The notes: generated by a model not told the origin, from the sequence alone. Positions 1-10,782 are shown, counted from the first letter of the stretch. The stretch: 64,000 bases of DNA from Leptospiraceae bacterium (GCA_040217195.1 JAVJNR010000007.1:64001-128000), one strand, 5' to 3'. Made by a program: numbers and translations.

Positions 1-312
1 TTTCCATTTTTCCACCAGTCGAATGGAAAAATCCTCGATGGGCACATCACCAATTGTTGGCAGAATTACGATGGCAACCTGAGACCCCTGGCGATCTTCC
101 AGAGACTTTAATTTCTGAGTGAGGGCCTGGGCATCTGCCGGAGAAAGCATTCCGGCTCGGTCCAGAACTCGAGCCTCCATTTCAGGCAGTGGTACTTCCT
201 GAGCCTGTAGCGAGGATGGCAGCGATAGGGCGCTAAGCAGCAGAAAAAAAGCAAAAGAACTATAGATTCCTCTGACAATGTACGGTTTTTCTCTCTCTGA
301 ATAATGTCCCAC
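1..312 (-). CDS. TPM-domain (YgcG-like) protein, N-terminal part; runs off the window
   Basis: Not in the ORF track. GTG at 312 follows an AAGGAG RBS and reads MGHYSEREKPYIVRGIYSSFAFFLLLSALSLPSSLQAQEVPLPEMEARVLDRAGMLSPADAQALTQKLKSLEDRQGSQVAIVILPTIGDVPIEDFSIRLVEKWK, i.e. signal peptide plus typical TPM start. LemA/TPM operon context. Confidence 0.85.
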   Translation of the reverse strand, partial: MGHYSEREKPYIVRGIYSSFAFFLLLSALSLPSSLQAQEVPLPEMEARVLDRAGMLSPADAQALTQKLKSLEDRQGSQVAIVILPTIGDVPIEDFSIRLVEKWK

Positions 313-321
313 AAAGGCTCC

Positions 322-813
322 TTATAGTATTACTGGCTTATCAGATAATTCATTCCTATCGCCTTCGCGATATGGAAAATGACGGGCCAGCACATCGGTG
401 ATTCGCTGGATTCCATGAATCACACCTTCGCGGTATTTCTTCTCTCGGAACATCTGCTCCATTTCCCCGCAGATCGTCTGCCAGGTCTGAGTTCCTTCAA
501 GCTTGTTAATGCCTCTATCTGCCACGATTTCCATATCGTGGTCAGCCAGGAGTAGATATAGCAACACACCGTTATTCTCTTCTGTGTCCCAGACTCGAAG
601 GTCACTAAATACTTTCAGCGCTCGGTCTCGGCCGATGACATTTTTGAGCACCATGATCGGCTCCAGAGAAGCCTCCACAGCAAAGCAAAGCTCGGCTCTA
701 TGTTTTTTCTCCGAGGCAGCAATGGCGCTCTGGATCTCCTGCATATCCTGGCTGGAAAAGTAGCTGGAAACCTTCCAGCGTGGAGTGAATAAATGTTTGA
801 TGAAACGGGCCAT
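322..813 (-). CDS. TPM-domain protein (LemA-associated)
   Basis: Motifs VWDTEENNGVLLYLLLADHDMEIVADRGI and C-terminal NELSDKPV. ATG at 813 (MARFIKHLF). Confidence 0.85.
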   Translation of the reverse strand: MARFIKHLFTPRWKVSSYFSSQDMQEIQSAIAASEKKHRAELCFAVEASLEPIMVLKNVIGRDRALKVFSDLRVWDTEENNGVLLYLLLADHDMEIVADRGINKLEGTQTWQTICGEMEQMFREKKYREGVIHGIQRITDVLARHFPYREGDRNELSDKPVIL

Positions 814-875
814 GGGATCTTGCTCCAGAAACTTAAAAATACAAAGGCATATTACTTTTACCGCGCAACTCTTGA

Positions 876-902
876 AAAGCAAAAACCCCGTAAACCGGGG
901 CC
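876..902 (-). terminator. Probable intrinsic terminator/attenuator after lemA
   Basis: Minus strand GGCCCCGGTTTACGGGGTTTTTGCTTTT: GC stem plus U-tract. A second hairpin (GCACCCGG..CCGGGTGC) lies at about 913-935. Confidence 0.55.
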
Positions 903-963
903 TCTGAAATTAGCACCCGGGTTTGTTCCGGGTGCAGAGTTTGGTTCAGGATCCGAAAAAACC

Positions 964-1560
964 CTACAGATCGATTTCCGGGGGTTTGGACATCTCTTCT
1001 TCGTTTTCCACCTCAAAAGTATCTTTCGTCTGATAACCGAAAATTTTGGCGGTCAGATTTGCCGGGAATTGGCGGACCGTGGTGTTGTATTCCCGAACGG
1101 AATCGATGAAACGCTTACGAGCAACCGTGATACGGTTTTCCGTTCCCTCAATTTGAGCCTGGAGATCCCGAAAGTTCTGATCGGATTTTAGTTCAGGGTA
1201 TCGCTCCACTGTAACCATAAGTCGACTCAACGCCTGGGTAATATCGCCCTGGGCTTGCTGGAATTTGTTAAATGCCTGAGGATCATTTACCAGCTCCGGG
1301 GTAGCCTGAATACTGGTAGCCTTGGAGCGAGCTTCAATCACTCCAACAAGCACCTCTTTTTCCTGAATGGCAAAGGCTTTTACTACTTTTACCAATTGTG
1401 GAATTAGATCCTGGCGACGCTTGTACTGATTCAGCACCTCGGCCCAGGAGGCCTTCACCTGCTCATCTTTCATCTGAATTTCGTTGTAGCCACAGTTTGT
1501 GCCAGTGTACAACAGGGTTAATAGGGCAATCCCAAGAATGCTTTTCTTTTTTGTGTTCAT
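964..1560 (-). CDS. lemA: LemA family protein
   Basis: CGYN..DEQVKASWAEVLNQYKRRQDLIPQLV, ERYPELKSDQNF, ENRITVAR, FPANL. Likely start is ATG 1560 (MNTKKK); the longer ORF overlaps the opposite gene. Confidence 0.92.
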   Translation of the reverse strand: MNTKKKSILGIALLTLLYTGTNCGYNEIQMKDEQVKASWAEVLNQYKRRQDLIPQLVKVVKAFAIQEKEVLVGVIEARSKATSIQATPELVNDPQAFNKFQQAQGDITQALSRLMVTVERYPELKSDQNFRDLQAQIEGTENRITVARKRFIDSVREYNTTVRQFPANLTAKIFGYQTKDTFEVENEEEMSKPPEIDL

Positions 1561-1627
1561 ATTCCTCGAACTCGATATATAGATCGCATAGAGATTAGCT
1601 GTCAGAGATGGAAAGGTCAACAAAAAA

Positions 1628-2569
1628 ATGCCGGAAGAGAAAATCCCCAGCCAGACAGGGCAGATCCTGAACACCGATAGCTTCGTAGCTTTAAAAAGGG
1701 CCGTGGTAGAATACTTCGCCACATCAGTGCAGGAATTGCTCCCAAGGATCATTGTTACGGTGGTCATTCTGATTGCAGTGATTTTGCTTCGACTGGTACT
1801 GCTCAGACTGGCTACTCGCAGGATGCGAAACCAGGGGCATAGGCTTCGCTGGAGGACAAACAGTACATACTTTGCCATTCTTGCATTTCTAATCCTGGCC
1901 TTTCCGGTATGGCTTCCTTCTTTGCGGTCCATCGCAACGGTACTGGGGATTTTCGGAGCCGGTATTCTAATCGTCTTTAAAGAGGTATTTTTGAACCTGG
2001 CCGCCTGGTTCTACATTGTAATTCGTAGACCTTTCGAAATCGGCAACCGAGTGACTATTCAAAGCATTGCAGGCGACGTTCTGGATATCCGATTATTTGA
2101 GTTCACAGTCATGGAAGTGACTCCTAGAAACCTGGGAGGACAGAGCACCGGGCGAATCGTTCACCTTCCAAACGCTCTACTGTGGACAACACCTTTAAGT
2201 AATGCCAGCAAAGAGTTTTCGTTCAACTGGAATGAAATAAGAGTGCCGGTCAAAAGCACATCCAACTGGCAGCGCGCAGAGGAGATTATCCGCGAAATTG
2301 CAACTACAAGTACAGAACAGATTTCAGATAGCGATTCTCGAATCAAACACTCGGCCGACCAATATGCTATCTATTTCTCAAGACTGCATCCTGGTGTTTT
2401 TCTTGAGTTTCAGAATGGAGCCGTAGTTCTAACTTTGAGGCATCTATCTGAGCCTCGAACCAGAAGAATGACCGTGGATGTGATCTGGAGAAAAATTCTG
2501 GAACGATTTGGCGAAGAAGGAATAGAACTGGATGAAAACTACGAAGAACCCTATCCTGGCATGCAATAG
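1628..2569 (+). CDS. MscS family mechanosensitive channel
   Basis: Three TM helices, RPFEIGNRVTI, GDVLDI, TGRIVHLPN. Confidence 0.85.
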   Translation: MPEEKIPSQTGQILNTDSFVALKRAVVEYFATSVQELLPRIIVTVVILIAVILLRLVLLRLATRRMRNQGHRLRWRTNSTYFAILAFLILAFPVWLPSLRSIATVLGIFGAGILIVFKEVFLNLAAWFYIVIRRPFEIGNRVTIQSIAGDVLDIRLFEFTVMEVTPRNLGGQSTGRIVHLPNALLWTTPLSNASKEFSFNWNEIRVPVKSTSNWQRAEEIIREIATTSTEQISDSDSRIKHSADQYAIYFSRLHPGVFLEFQNGAVVLTLRHLSEPRTRRMTVDVIWRKILERFGEEGIELDENYEEPYPGMQ

Positions 2570-2617
2570 AAATCAAACTTCGAGAACGCTCCGTTCCGGC
2601 GCCACCGGGAGGCTATA

Positions 2618-3418
2618 ATGATTGACGTGAATTGGTTCAAAAAGAAGGGCACCGACTCCTGGTCCTACTGGAAAATTGCCGGAGTCCTGGCGCCCGTATT
2701 ACTAATTGTTGCATTCTTGATTTTAGGTCGGAACCTTGAAACGGTCACACCACGAAAAGGCCCCATTGTGGAAGCAGTCTATGGCCTTGGCACCGTAACT
2801 CCGCGCAGAACTTTCACTATAAAAACAGGAGTTTCAGGTCGTATTGAATCCATCTATGCCAGACCCGGGGATCGAGTAAACTTGAATGACCCTCTAATTC
2901 GCACAGATTCGATTCTATTTAGAGCCCCGTTTCAGGGCGTGGTAACCAACCTTCTATTCGAGGAAAGCGAAATTGTCATGCCCGGAAGTCCTATCCTTAC
3001 AATGAAAACTATGGAGGATCATCACGTTGAGCTGATTATGGACCAGGAATCTGTCCTGCGAATTCGGCCCGGATTGAAAGCAGAGCTTAGCTTTGAATCG
3101 CTCAGATCTAAGAAGATTTCGGGAGTTGTATCCCGAGTATACTCATCCGGTGGTGAATTCATTGTAGAAGTGGAATCAGACGAAATGCCGCCGGAAGTAT
3201 TGCCCGATATGACTGCCGACGTTGCCATTCAAATAGCCAGGCGCGAAGAAGTATTGCTCATTCCTCAGCGAGCTGTACAGAGAGGTCAGGTCCAGGTATT
3301 GCGAAATGGACTGCGAAAAAGGATACCTGTGAAAATCGGCGCGGCCGATGCGGAGTGGGTGGAAATTGTGGACGACAGCCTTAACATGGATGACCGGATC
3401 ATAGTTCCCAAACGATAG
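2618..3418 (+). CDS. Periplasmic adaptor (MacA/HlyD-like membrane fusion protein)
   Basis: N-terminal anchor, lipoyl-like SGRIESIYARPGDRV..APFQGVV, LPDMTADVAI, VLLIP. Confidence 0.85.
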   Translation: MIDVNWFKKKGTDSWSYWKIAGVLAPVLLIVAFLILGRNLETVTPRKGPIVEAVYGLGTVTPRRTFTIKTGVSGRIESIYARPGDRVNLNDPLIRTDSILFRAPFQGVVTNLLFEESEIVMPGSPILTMKTMEDHHVELIMDQESVLRIRPGLKAELSFESLRSKKISGVVSRVYSSGGEFIVEVESDEMPPEVLPDMTADVAIQIARREEVLLIPQRAVQRGQVQVLRNGLRKRIPVKIGAADAEWVEIVDDSLNMDDRIIVPKR

Positions 3419-3422
3419 CTCT

Positions 3423-4661
3423 ATGTTCTTTCTGGCCACACGTCAACTTCTGGATCGTTTGCAGCAAAGTGCTCTGACTCTCGTAGGAATTGCTCTGGGC
3501 ACAGCTGCATACGTAATGTTTTCCGGGATCATGCTTGGATTCCAGGATCAAATTATAGACCTGCTTGTTAATACGGATGCGCATATTCGAATTAGCCCCC
3601 GCGATGAGTACCGTAGCCCGGAGTCTTACGATGGGGTTTTCTTTTCGGATGATCAGGTTATCTGGGTTACTCCTCCCAGTGGAATGGAAAAATCCCAGGA
3701 TCTTTCCAATGTATACGGCTGGTACCAGAGATTGGAAGCTGATCACCGAGTGGCCGCCTTTGCGCCACAGTTAAATCTGCAGGTCATGGCCGGCAACAGC
3801 AACTATTCCTCCGCATCCTATTTGTTTGGAATCGATCCAGAAAAGCAGCGCTCGGTGAGCAACATGGAGGACAACCTTTTGCAGGGAACCATGTCTGATC
3901 TTGCCCGGGGAAATTCTCTGGCCATCATCGGAAGCAAGATGCAGGAAAACCTGGGAGTGCAGCCCAACGGTACGATTCAAATAGTCACACCAGAAGGCAC
4001 AAAGGCAAATCTTAGAATCGTCGGTATATATGAGTTTGGCAACAGTCAACTGGACCAGGGCTTCATATATACAGATATTCGAACGGCCCAATCCCTGTCT
4101 GATGGCGCACAGCATGTAACGGATATAGTAGTTCGACTGCACGATGTCACTCAGGCAGCTGAAGTAGCTTCTCAGTGGTCTCAGTTTTCAAGAGACAAAG
4201 TGGAAAGCTGGGACCAGGCAAATGAAAGCATTCTTTCTGTATTTCAGATGCAGGATGTTATTCGCACATCTCTTACGGCAGTTATCGTCCTGATCATCGC
4301 ATTTGGTATCTGTAATATCCTGAATATGGTTGTATTTCAGAAGCAAAAAGAAATCGCAATCCTTCGATCCATTGGATTCGACTCCAGGGATACTATTCAG
4401 CTTTTTCTGATCCAGGGTTTCGTACTTGGCACTCTTGGCTCGCTAGTGGGCCTGCTAATCGGATTTGTGGGCTGCCTGTATATATCTACTATTAGCATCG
4501 GTGGAGAGGATACAATTCGTCAGATGGTGGTTTCCTATAAGCCATCCATCTATGTTGTTGGATTTACCATCAGTGTTACTGCTTCAGCTATCTCAAGTTA
4601 TCTGCCTGCTCGAAGAGCCTCAAAACTGCAGCCAATTGAAATTATTCGAGGAGCCGGCTGA
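3423..4661 (+). CDS. ABC permease, LolC/E-MacB-FtsX family
   Basis: One TM, large periplasmic domain, then three TMs; KEIAILRSIG and PARRASKLQPIEII motifs. Confidence 0.9.
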   Translation: MFFLATRQLLDRLQQSALTLVGIALGTAAYVMFSGIMLGFQDQIIDLLVNTDAHIRISPRDEYRSPESYDGVFFSDDQVIWVTPPSGMEKSQDLSNVYGWYQRLEADHRVAAFAPQLNLQVMAGNSNYSSASYLFGIDPEKQRSVSNMEDNLLQGTMSDLARGNSLAIIGSKMQENLGVQPNGTIQIVTPEGTKANLRIVGIYEFGNSQLDQGFIYTDIRTAQSLSDGAQHVTDIVVRLHDVTQAAEVASQWSQFSRDKVESWDQANESILSVFQMQDVIRTSLTAVIVLIIAFGICNILNMVVFQKQKEIAILRSIGFDSRDTIQLFLIQGFVLGTLGSLVGLLIGFVGCLYISTISIGGEDTIRQMVVSYKPSIYVVGFTISVTASAISSYLPARRASKLQPIEIIRGAG

Positions 4662-5359
4662 TGAATATTCGCATACACGGACTCGTAAAATCCTTTGATA
4701 ATCCGGACAAGCCTGTGCTCAAGGGTCTGAACCTGGAAATCCAGGCCGGTCAGTTTGTTTCTATTACCGGTCGGTCAGGTTCCGGAAAATCCACCTTTCT
4801 ATACTGCGTAAGTGGTCTGGATACATTAACCAGTGGAACGGTTGAAGTTGGCGGTCAGAATATTCATTCCATGCGCGAGTTAGAGATACATAGATTTAGA
4901 AATGAGCAAATGGGCTTTGTATTTCAATTTCACTATCTGCTTCCAGAACTCACAGCCCTGGAGAATGTATTGATGCCTGCGCGAAAGCAGGGACTGCATC
5001 AGAAGATGGAACCAGATGCCCGGGCCCTGCTTGAACAGTTCGAAGTGGCGCATGCAGGAGATAGAAAACCGGGCCAAATGTCTGGCGGCGAACAGCAAAG
5101 AGTTGCTATCGCTCGTGCACTGATCATGAAACCGTCCCTGCTCTTTGCCGATGAACCTACCGGAAACCTGGATTCCATTAATGGCGAAACAGTGCTAAGA
5201 ATTCTAGAACGGATCAATCATGAAATGGGCGTTACCGTTCTTATGGTTACCCATGAGTCTGACTATGCGGCTCGGGCCACCAGGGAACTGGAATTTGCAG
5301 ATGGTGAAATCCTTTCAGATCGTCACCATCGACCCCATCGCATAAAACGTGAGCATTGA
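4661..5359 (+). CDS. ABC ATP-binding protein (LolD/MacB-type)
   Basis: Walker [30 protein letters not shown]. Confidence 0.93.
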   Translation: MNIRIHGLVKSFDNPDKPVLKGLNLEIQAGQFVSITGRSGSGKSTFLYCVSGLDTLTSGTVEVGGQNIHSMRELEIHRFRNEQMGFVFQFHYLLPELTALENVLMPARKQGLHQKMEPDARALLEQFEVAHAGDRKPGQMSGGEQQRVAIARALIMKPSLLFADEPTGNLDSINGETVLRILERINHEMGVTVLMVTHESDYAARATRELEFADGEILSDRHHRPHRIKREH

Positions 5360-5376
5360 CCGTCTGGCCTTCTGGC

Positions 5377-6549
5377 CTAATTGTAAGGATTAAAAGGATC
5401 ATTTTTTCGATCTTCGGGCCTGGGAAAACGGTCTTCGCCGGAATCGCTGCCGGCACTACCTGATTCATTGTTCGCATCCCGTCCCGAATCCATGGTAGAA
5501 GTCCCTGAAGCTGAATCCGATGCAGGATTTTGCTGGCTCGATGACTCTTGAAGACTGGCCGCGGATCCATCGCTACCAATATCTCTGGAGGCAACCGGGG
5601 GCGCAGATACAAATTGAGGTTTGTTCTCTGAATAGCCAGGTACTAATTGCTCCTTAACAGCCGGTGTCAAAAACAGATGAGCGATGGCTCCTTCAAGAGT
5701 CATTTTCAATGCGATCCCGACCACGGACAACAGTATGGCAACGATGATCAATAATGGAAAGAGACCCTCCACCAGATTCAAGGCACCTATGTTCTGCGGT
5801 GCCAGCGCACCAAAACCTAGAGAAACGAAGAGACCCAGCAGAATAGGTAGAATAATAACAAAACCTGGCAGAAAGTAGACAAAAAGCTTACCCATGAAGA
5901 GTTTAAATCCGTAGCCTTTTGTTAATCTCCAGGACTGGACAAAGGCATCCCAGGCTCCCAGGCGCAAATCGTATACAAGTGGAAAAACCAGATCCAGTCT
6001 TGCCAGAAAGTAATTAATAGTAAGTCCAAGCACTCCAAAGATGGAAATCATGCTCAATCCCATGATACCGTCTTCGCCCAGTCCCTCGGTTACATCCGAG
6101 CCCATGTTACCCGCAGAGATGATGCTTTCCACGGATACTGCGAAAATCGCAGCCGTCATAATATATAGAATAAAGAATGCGATATAGCCAACGAGTAGAA
6201 ATAGAAAGTACAGCAAGCCTGCAAGAAATACTCCGCCAAAGTTGTTGAACGGTTTGAATAAATCCTCCAGCCGCGGTTCACCTTTCACTGCGCCGGTGCC
6301 GTAGCTTATGGAGCCCGCAACCAGGTGTGGCGTAACTATGATTCCGCCACAAAACCAGAACATCTGGGCCCCAAAGTAAACGATGGCATACACAATGGAG
6401 CTAACCAGCGTTAAGCCCAGATTGGAAGTAAGCCCTTGAAAGGCCAGTTTGAGCATCCGACCTACTGAAAACTCCACGCCCTCCTGCATCGATCCATAGG
6501 TTTCTATGGATGCTCGGGATACCTGGTAGGGATTCTCTTGTTCTGCCAT
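5377..6549 (-). CDS. Multi-pass membrane protein with Ser/Gly/Asp-rich tail
   Basis: About 5-6 hydrophobic segments, A..QSWRLTKG motif, low-complexity C-terminus. Confidence 0.7.
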   Translation of the reverse strand: MAEQENPYQVSRASIETYGSMQEGVEFSVGRMLKLAFQGLTSNLGLTLVSSIVYAIVYFGAQMFWFCGGIIVTPHLVAGSISYGTGAVKGEPRLEDLFKPFNNFGGVFLAGLLYFLFLLVGYIAFFILYIMTAAIFAVSVESIISAGNMGSDVTEGLGEDGIMGLSMISIFGVLGLTINYFLARLDLVFPLVYDLRLGAWDAFVQSWRLTKGYGFKLFMGKLFVYFLPGFVIILPILLGLFVSLGFGALAPQNIGALNLVEGLFPLLIIVAILLSVVGIALKMTLEGAIAHLFLTPAVKEQLVPGYSENKPQFVSAPPVASRDIGSDGSAASLQESSSQQNPASDSASGTSTMDSGRDANNESGSAGSDSGEDRFPRPEDRKNDPFNPYN

Positions 6550-6627
6550 GATGGTCCAATTGGATATTCATGCCCCATTCTTCAATTTTTTTGTGCATCA
6601 AAGGAGGAAATTGGCCGATTAACTGGT

Positions 6628-7200
6628 ATGGCCCCAGGTATGGATCGTATTGAGACTCGGATAAGAGACATAATGCAGCGGTTTGATCAACTAAATCAGG
6701 TACCGCAGCTGGCAGCAGAAAAGAAATCCACCGAGGAAGCGGTTGAGATGAGTGCACCCGGTCAGAGCCAACGGAACTCCATGGCTTCCGCCCCCGGTCC
6801 TGCCCCCGGAACGACCCATTTTCAGCGTATCCTGAATGCTCTGGTAGAAGAGAAAGCCCAGGATCATGGAGTATCTCCTGACCTGGTACGAGCAGTGATG
6901 CAAGCTGAGTCAGCCGGCAACCCGGATGCAGTTTCACCCGCTGGCGCCCAGGGATTGATGCAATTGATGCCAGGTACGGCCAAGCTTCTGGGCGTGGATC
7001 CCACAGATCCGGTGCAGAACCTGGATGGCGGGATCCGATACCTGAAAGCCATGAATGAAAGATTTGGTAATCTGGAAGACGCCCTGGCCGCCTACAACGC
7101 CGGTCCTGGTGCTGTAGAAAAGTACGGCGGAATTCCTCCTTTCAAGGAAACGATAAATTACGTCAAAAAAATCCGGGACATCCTGGAAGAGAAACGTTGA
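6628..7200 (+). CDS. Lytic transglycosylase (SLT domain)
   Basis: AES catalytic Glu, [29 protein letters not shown]. Start 6628 or 6640. Confidence 0.92.
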   Translation: MAPGMDRIETRIRDIMQRFDQLNQVPQLAAEKKSTEEAVEMSAPGQSQRNSMASAPGPAPGTTHFQRILNALVEEKAQDHGVSPDLVRAVMQAESAGNPDAVSPAGAQGLMQLMPGTAKLLGVDPTDPVQNLDGGIRYLKAMNERFGNLEDALAAYNAGPGAVEKYGGIPPFKETINYVKKIRDILEEKR

Positions 7201-7210
7201 TTGACAGAGC

Positions 7211-7831
7211 ATGATTCGGACGATCCACAGGCGGCTTCCTGTACTTCCCATACTCCTGCTGGTATTTCTGGGCGCCTGCCCGGAAAACGATGATGATGCA
7301 CTTATGCTGCATCTGTATCATTCCCTGGATGAAGAAATTCAGGACGCTGTGGATGGCACTGAAATACCGCCAGAGTATCTGGCAGCACTCATTTCCCTGG
7401 AATCCCATCCGGCCGGCAACCGGGATAGCCGACGATTCGAACCCGCTGTCTATGACAGATTAATGGACCTCAAATACTCCGGAGAAGCCTTCGGATACAT
7501 ACCCAGAAACCGGGTAAAAAACCTGGATGATCAGAAGCTGCGCGAGCTGGCAACCAGCTACGGACTCACTCAGATAATGGGCTACCATTGCCTGGAACTT
7601 GGATGCTCCATTGACGACCTGAAAGGTGAATTTCATCTTCTCTGGTCTGTAGCCTACATCCGGGACCATTATGGAAAGCAGGTCAAGGCCCGGGACTGGG
7701 AGGCATGCTTTAGAATGCACAATACAGGCCGGGTAGATGGAATTACTTCCAGGAAAGATTATGTAGAGAAGGGTCTCATCCGGATGCAGTACTACCGTAA
7801 ATGGATTCAGCAAGAAGGTAGCCTTTTCTAA
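7211..7831 (+). CDS. Lipoprotein with lysozyme-like/N-acetylmuramidase domain
   Basis: Lipobox LGAC, SLES (Glu), RFEP and SYGLTQIMGYH, resembling the muramidase SWGxxQIMGF motif. Confidence 0.7.
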   Translation: MIRTIHRRLPVLPILLLVFLGACPENDDDALMLHLYHSLDEEIQDAVDGTEIPPEYLAALISLESHPAGNRDSRRFEPAVYDRLMDLKYSGEAFGYIPRNRVKNLDDQKLRELATSYGLTQIMGYHCLELGCSIDDLKGEFHLLWSVAYIRDHYGKQVKARDWEACFRMHNTGRVDGITSRKDYVEKGLIRMQYYRKWIQQEGSLF

Positions 7832-7940
7832 GAATCCACCTACAAGCTACAGGAAGCCGACCGCACAGGCCGGGCTCCCGTTGATTATCAAGTGAAATCT
7901 GCCAGAGAAATCAGCATTTCCCGGTCTGGTTTATCTCGAA

Positions 7941-8378
7941 TTAGTCTTCTTTATCGAAAGCTAAGCGGCCAGCCCCGCGAATACTTAATACAAGACAGTT
8001 CACTGCAATCAGGAACGGATATTCAAACTTTACCTGATTATCCCCCGACTCCAGATTAAAAAGTAGTCCCAGAGAGGAACCGTGAGCAACAAAGGCTACA
8101 CCAAAGAACCAGCAGGCAATAATCAGCGCAATGTCTCGCACCTTGAAACCAACTATCAAACATAGAGCCAGAGCGGTTTCTACAGCCAGCGTACCGGCCA
8201 CGATGGGATAATGAAGCGGAGCCCGGAGATAGTTTGCCTCAACCATGGCGGTAAACTCGGGTATATGGAATAACTTGGGTATTCCATGAGCCAACAAAAA
8301 CAGGCCGGTAATCCACCTCAGCAAAGTGGGTGCATAGGGCGCATACGGTTTGGTAATATCGCGTAAAGTTCCAAGCAT
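7941..8378 (-). CDS. DoxX family membrane protein
   Basis: LLRWITGLFLLAHGIPKL, EYP, GAGRLAFD. Confidence 0.85.
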   Translation of the reverse strand: MLGTLRDITKPYAPYAPTLLRWITGLFLLAHGIPKLFHIPEFTAMVEANYLRAPLHYPIVAGTLAVETALALCLIVGFKVRDIALIIACWFFGVAFVAHGSSLGLLFNLESGDNQVKFEYPFLIAVNCLVLSIRGAGRLAFDKED

Positions 8379-8410
8379 GCCCCAGGCTAAGCTAGGCCTA
8401 TCCAGGTGCA

Positions 8411-8441
8411 ATAAAAAAGGGCGACCGTAGCCGCCCTTTCT
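8411..8441 (-). terminator. Intrinsic terminator of lipL21
   Basis: Minus strand AAAGGGCGGC-TACG-GTCGCCCTTT-TTT, about 35 nt after the stop. Confidence 0.8.
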
Positions 8442-8474
8442 CCGATGCCCGGGGCATCGCTGACATTTAGAAAC

Positions 8475-9059
8475 TTACTGGTTAATCTGAGCTTCTTCGG
8501 CTGCGGCCTCGAAGGCACGCTGTCCGCCAGGGAACTTAAGATAACCAACACACTGGCAATCTTCCCAGGTCTCGTTTCCACCAGCTTCTACACAATGACC
8601 GGTTCTAGAATCCAGGGAGCAGCAATCGTAAAGACCAATCCCTTTGATTTTACCCCGAGATTGAGTTACAATGGCATATCCAGTAGACTGACCATCAGCC
8701 ACGCCAGAGGCCTGCTCCAGATAGTCACCGATGATCTTGGACAGTCCATCGCCAGCTACCAGGTCACGAGCGGCTCGCCGACAGGTAGTTTGCTTCATGG
8801 CAATACTTCCGTTCTGGATAGCCTGCTGGGAAGCACGGGCTGAAAACTTCAGATAGAGATAGTCTTTGTTATCATCATCGGTACAGTATTCTGCCGGGCT
8901 CATACCTTCCAATGCTTTTGCAGCATCTGGCGCACAGGCCCAACCTTCAAAAACCCATCCATCGCTACCAACGGTGGTTGCATCTCGACGAGCATCTCCA
9001 TAGTTGCACGCTGTGAGGGCAAATACTGCTAAAATTGCGGGTATCAAAACTTTTTTCAT
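8475..9059 (-). CDS. lipL21: LipL21-like outer-membrane lipoprotein
   Basis: Lipobox LTAC. DATTVG..GWxFEGW, KFSARAS, ASGVADG, WEDCQCV, KFPGG match Leptospira LipL21 as I recall it. Confidence 0.85.
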   Translation of the reverse strand: MKKVLIPAILAVFALTACNYGDARRDATTVGSDGWVFEGWACAPDAAKALEGMSPAEYCTDDDNKDYLYLKFSARASQQAIQNGSIAMKQTTCRRAARDLVAGDGLSKIIGDYLEQASGVADGQSTGYAIVTQSRGKIKGIGLYDCCSLDSRTGHCVEAGGNETWEDCQCVGYLKFPGGQRAFEAAAEEAQINQ

Positions 9060-9225
9060 TTTCGGAAACTCCTTACCCCAAAAAGTGTTCTGCCGGATGG
9101 CAGAGTCGCTATCTGGCTACAATCAGTTAGAAGGGGACACTAGTCTGCAGTTCAATTTTTTTTCAACACCTTCCGGGAAAATTTCCCAAAATAGTGGTCG
9201 AGCCTCATTTTTGCTCCCTGGCACG

Positions 9226-10743
9226 ATGCTGACCATTCTATTGAGCATTGTACCTAACTGCAGGTCGCAAAGTGTGTGCAATGCCTGGGATAAATTTTAT
9301 CCCACGGACCTGGAATTCAAAGAGACACTTTCGAATTCTACGCTAAGGGGAGCTGGATGCTATAGTAACCCGCTGCCATCCAGGACCACGGATCTGGAAT
9401 TGCTGGATGGGGTGGATCCCTACTCAGATATGAGCATGGAAGTTGAGTGCTCTCTGGACTCCAGCACTCTGCAGGATGAGGCCATTCGCGGCAGGCGATA
9501 TATCAGGATGCTGGACATAAGCCGCAACCAGGAAGTGGCCGTTCTTGCCAGGTTTATTCGCTTAGAAAATCGATGTGGTATTATAGTTCGCCCACGCAAG
9601 CCGCTCAAATATGAAACGTTTTATGCGACCTACTTGATGCGTGGTCCGGCCACTGATAATTTCAAGGAGCCCGCCAGCTTCCGAACCTTGAAGTGGAAGG
9701 CCTTTCGAAATAACATAGATACAGAAACGGATGAACTTTACAGAGATGCACTTACCCGAGCTTCGGAGCGTTGGGGAACTCATCCAGACTCCTTTCGAAT
9801 GATTCAAGCATTTACTACCCGGTCGTTTCGAAGCATTGCCATTCCATCCATCACCGGTCGAAATAACTATTTCGCAATGGCCCGTACCCCTGCACTTCTA
9901 GATTCACTGGACCAGTCGAAACATCCGCTAGTTAATTTTATGGTTGATGCACATCCAGATATACTAAGCGAAGAGGTAGAGCACAGCGATCTTTCAGACG
10001 ATACAGAACTTAATGAAACGGAACGGGAAACTCAACGCTTGATTCTGGTCCGAAGAAATATTCAGACCTTGAGTAGCAATACTGGCCTGCGATCCGGGTT
10101 TGCAGAGATTTCCGGAGCCTGTACAACTCTGCCAGAGCCGGAGCTATGCGATTACCAGGAAGTGGAATTTCCTGATTTACATTTGCGCTATATCCCCTTC
10201 CTCTACGAGCCCAACATTCGAAGCTTTCAGAAAGTAGTCATTATGCCCCTGGAAGCATTTCAACCCGGACAAATAGTGCCGGATATTCTTCGCTGGAAAA
10301 AGAATCTGGCCAGCAGGAAGATTGCGCTGATCGTTTACCTGGGGCCCCCTCCAGCGAATCGCGCTTCAGAACCAGACCATCTTCTAAAAGAACTGATCCA
10401 GGGCGCTCTATCATTTTCGGCCCTACCTGTGACGTCTGGTAGTGAAATTGCTCTCTATTGCAACGAAACAGATTATTGCCCCATGCTTGGATTGCTATCG
10501 AAAAACGTTACAGTACTGGTAGGACCCAATTCTTTTCAGGCAGACCCTGGTTCGCTGCGGCAATCCTTTCCACCTGTGGACTATCGAAAAGATCAGCTCC
10601 GAGCAGGAGTACTGGCCCCATTTCGATTTAGATCATTTCTTCTGGAAATGGATAGAACACTGATTGCTTTAAAGAAGGATCAATTTCATATTCGTAAATC
10701 CGATCCAGAAAGGTGGTTTCAGAGTGATTCCGGAAATGATTAG
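9226..10743 (+). CDS. Hypothetical protein, possible lipoprotein with Ig-like segment
   Basis: Long ORF, start uncertain. IVPNC lipobox-like; IIVRPRKPLKYETFYA..FTT resembles bacterial Ig-like (Big_5) domains. Confidence 0.55.
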   Translation: MLTILLSIVPNCRSQSVCNAWDKFYPTDLEFKETLSNSTLRGAGCYSNPLPSRTTDLELLDGVDPYSDMSMEVECSLDSSTLQDEAIRGRRYIRMLDISRNQEVAVLARFIRLENRCGIIVRPRKPLKYETFYATYLMRGPATDNFKEPASFRTLKWKAFRNNIDTETDELYRDALTRASERWGTHPDSFRMIQAFTTRSFRSIAIPSITGRNNYFAMARTPALLDSLDQSKHPLVNFMVDAHPDILSEEVEHSDLSDDTELNETERETQRLILVRRNIQTLSSNTGLRSGFAEISGACTTLPEPELCDYQEVEFPDLHLRYIPFLYEPNIRSFQKVVIMPLEAFQPGQIVPDILRWKKNLASRKIALIVYLGPPPANRASEPDHLLKELIQGALSFSALPVTSGSEIALYCNETDYCPMLGLLSKNVTVLVGPNSFQADPGSLRQSFPPVDYRKDQLRAGVLAPFRFRSFLLEMDRTLIALKKDQFHIRKSDPERWFQSDSGND

Positions 10744-10782
10744 AATAATAGAGAGAATTTTTCAGCCTGGTTGCTATCGGGC

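Noticed and set aside
108..314. 68-aa ORF MWDIIQ from the ORF track
   Set aside because: Wrong frame; the overlapping frame starting at GTG 312 encodes a recognisable TPM protein.
1561..1932. N-terminal extension of LemA in the ORF track
   Set aside because: It is antisense to the MscS gene; LemA similarity begins at ATG 1560.
6598..6621. Sigma28 promoter (TCAAAG...GCCGATTA) before the SLT gene
   Set aside because: The -10-like element is good but the spacing to the -35-like element is too short.
6628..7831. Prophage lysis cassette
   Set aside because: No holin, spanin, structural or integrase genes are present.
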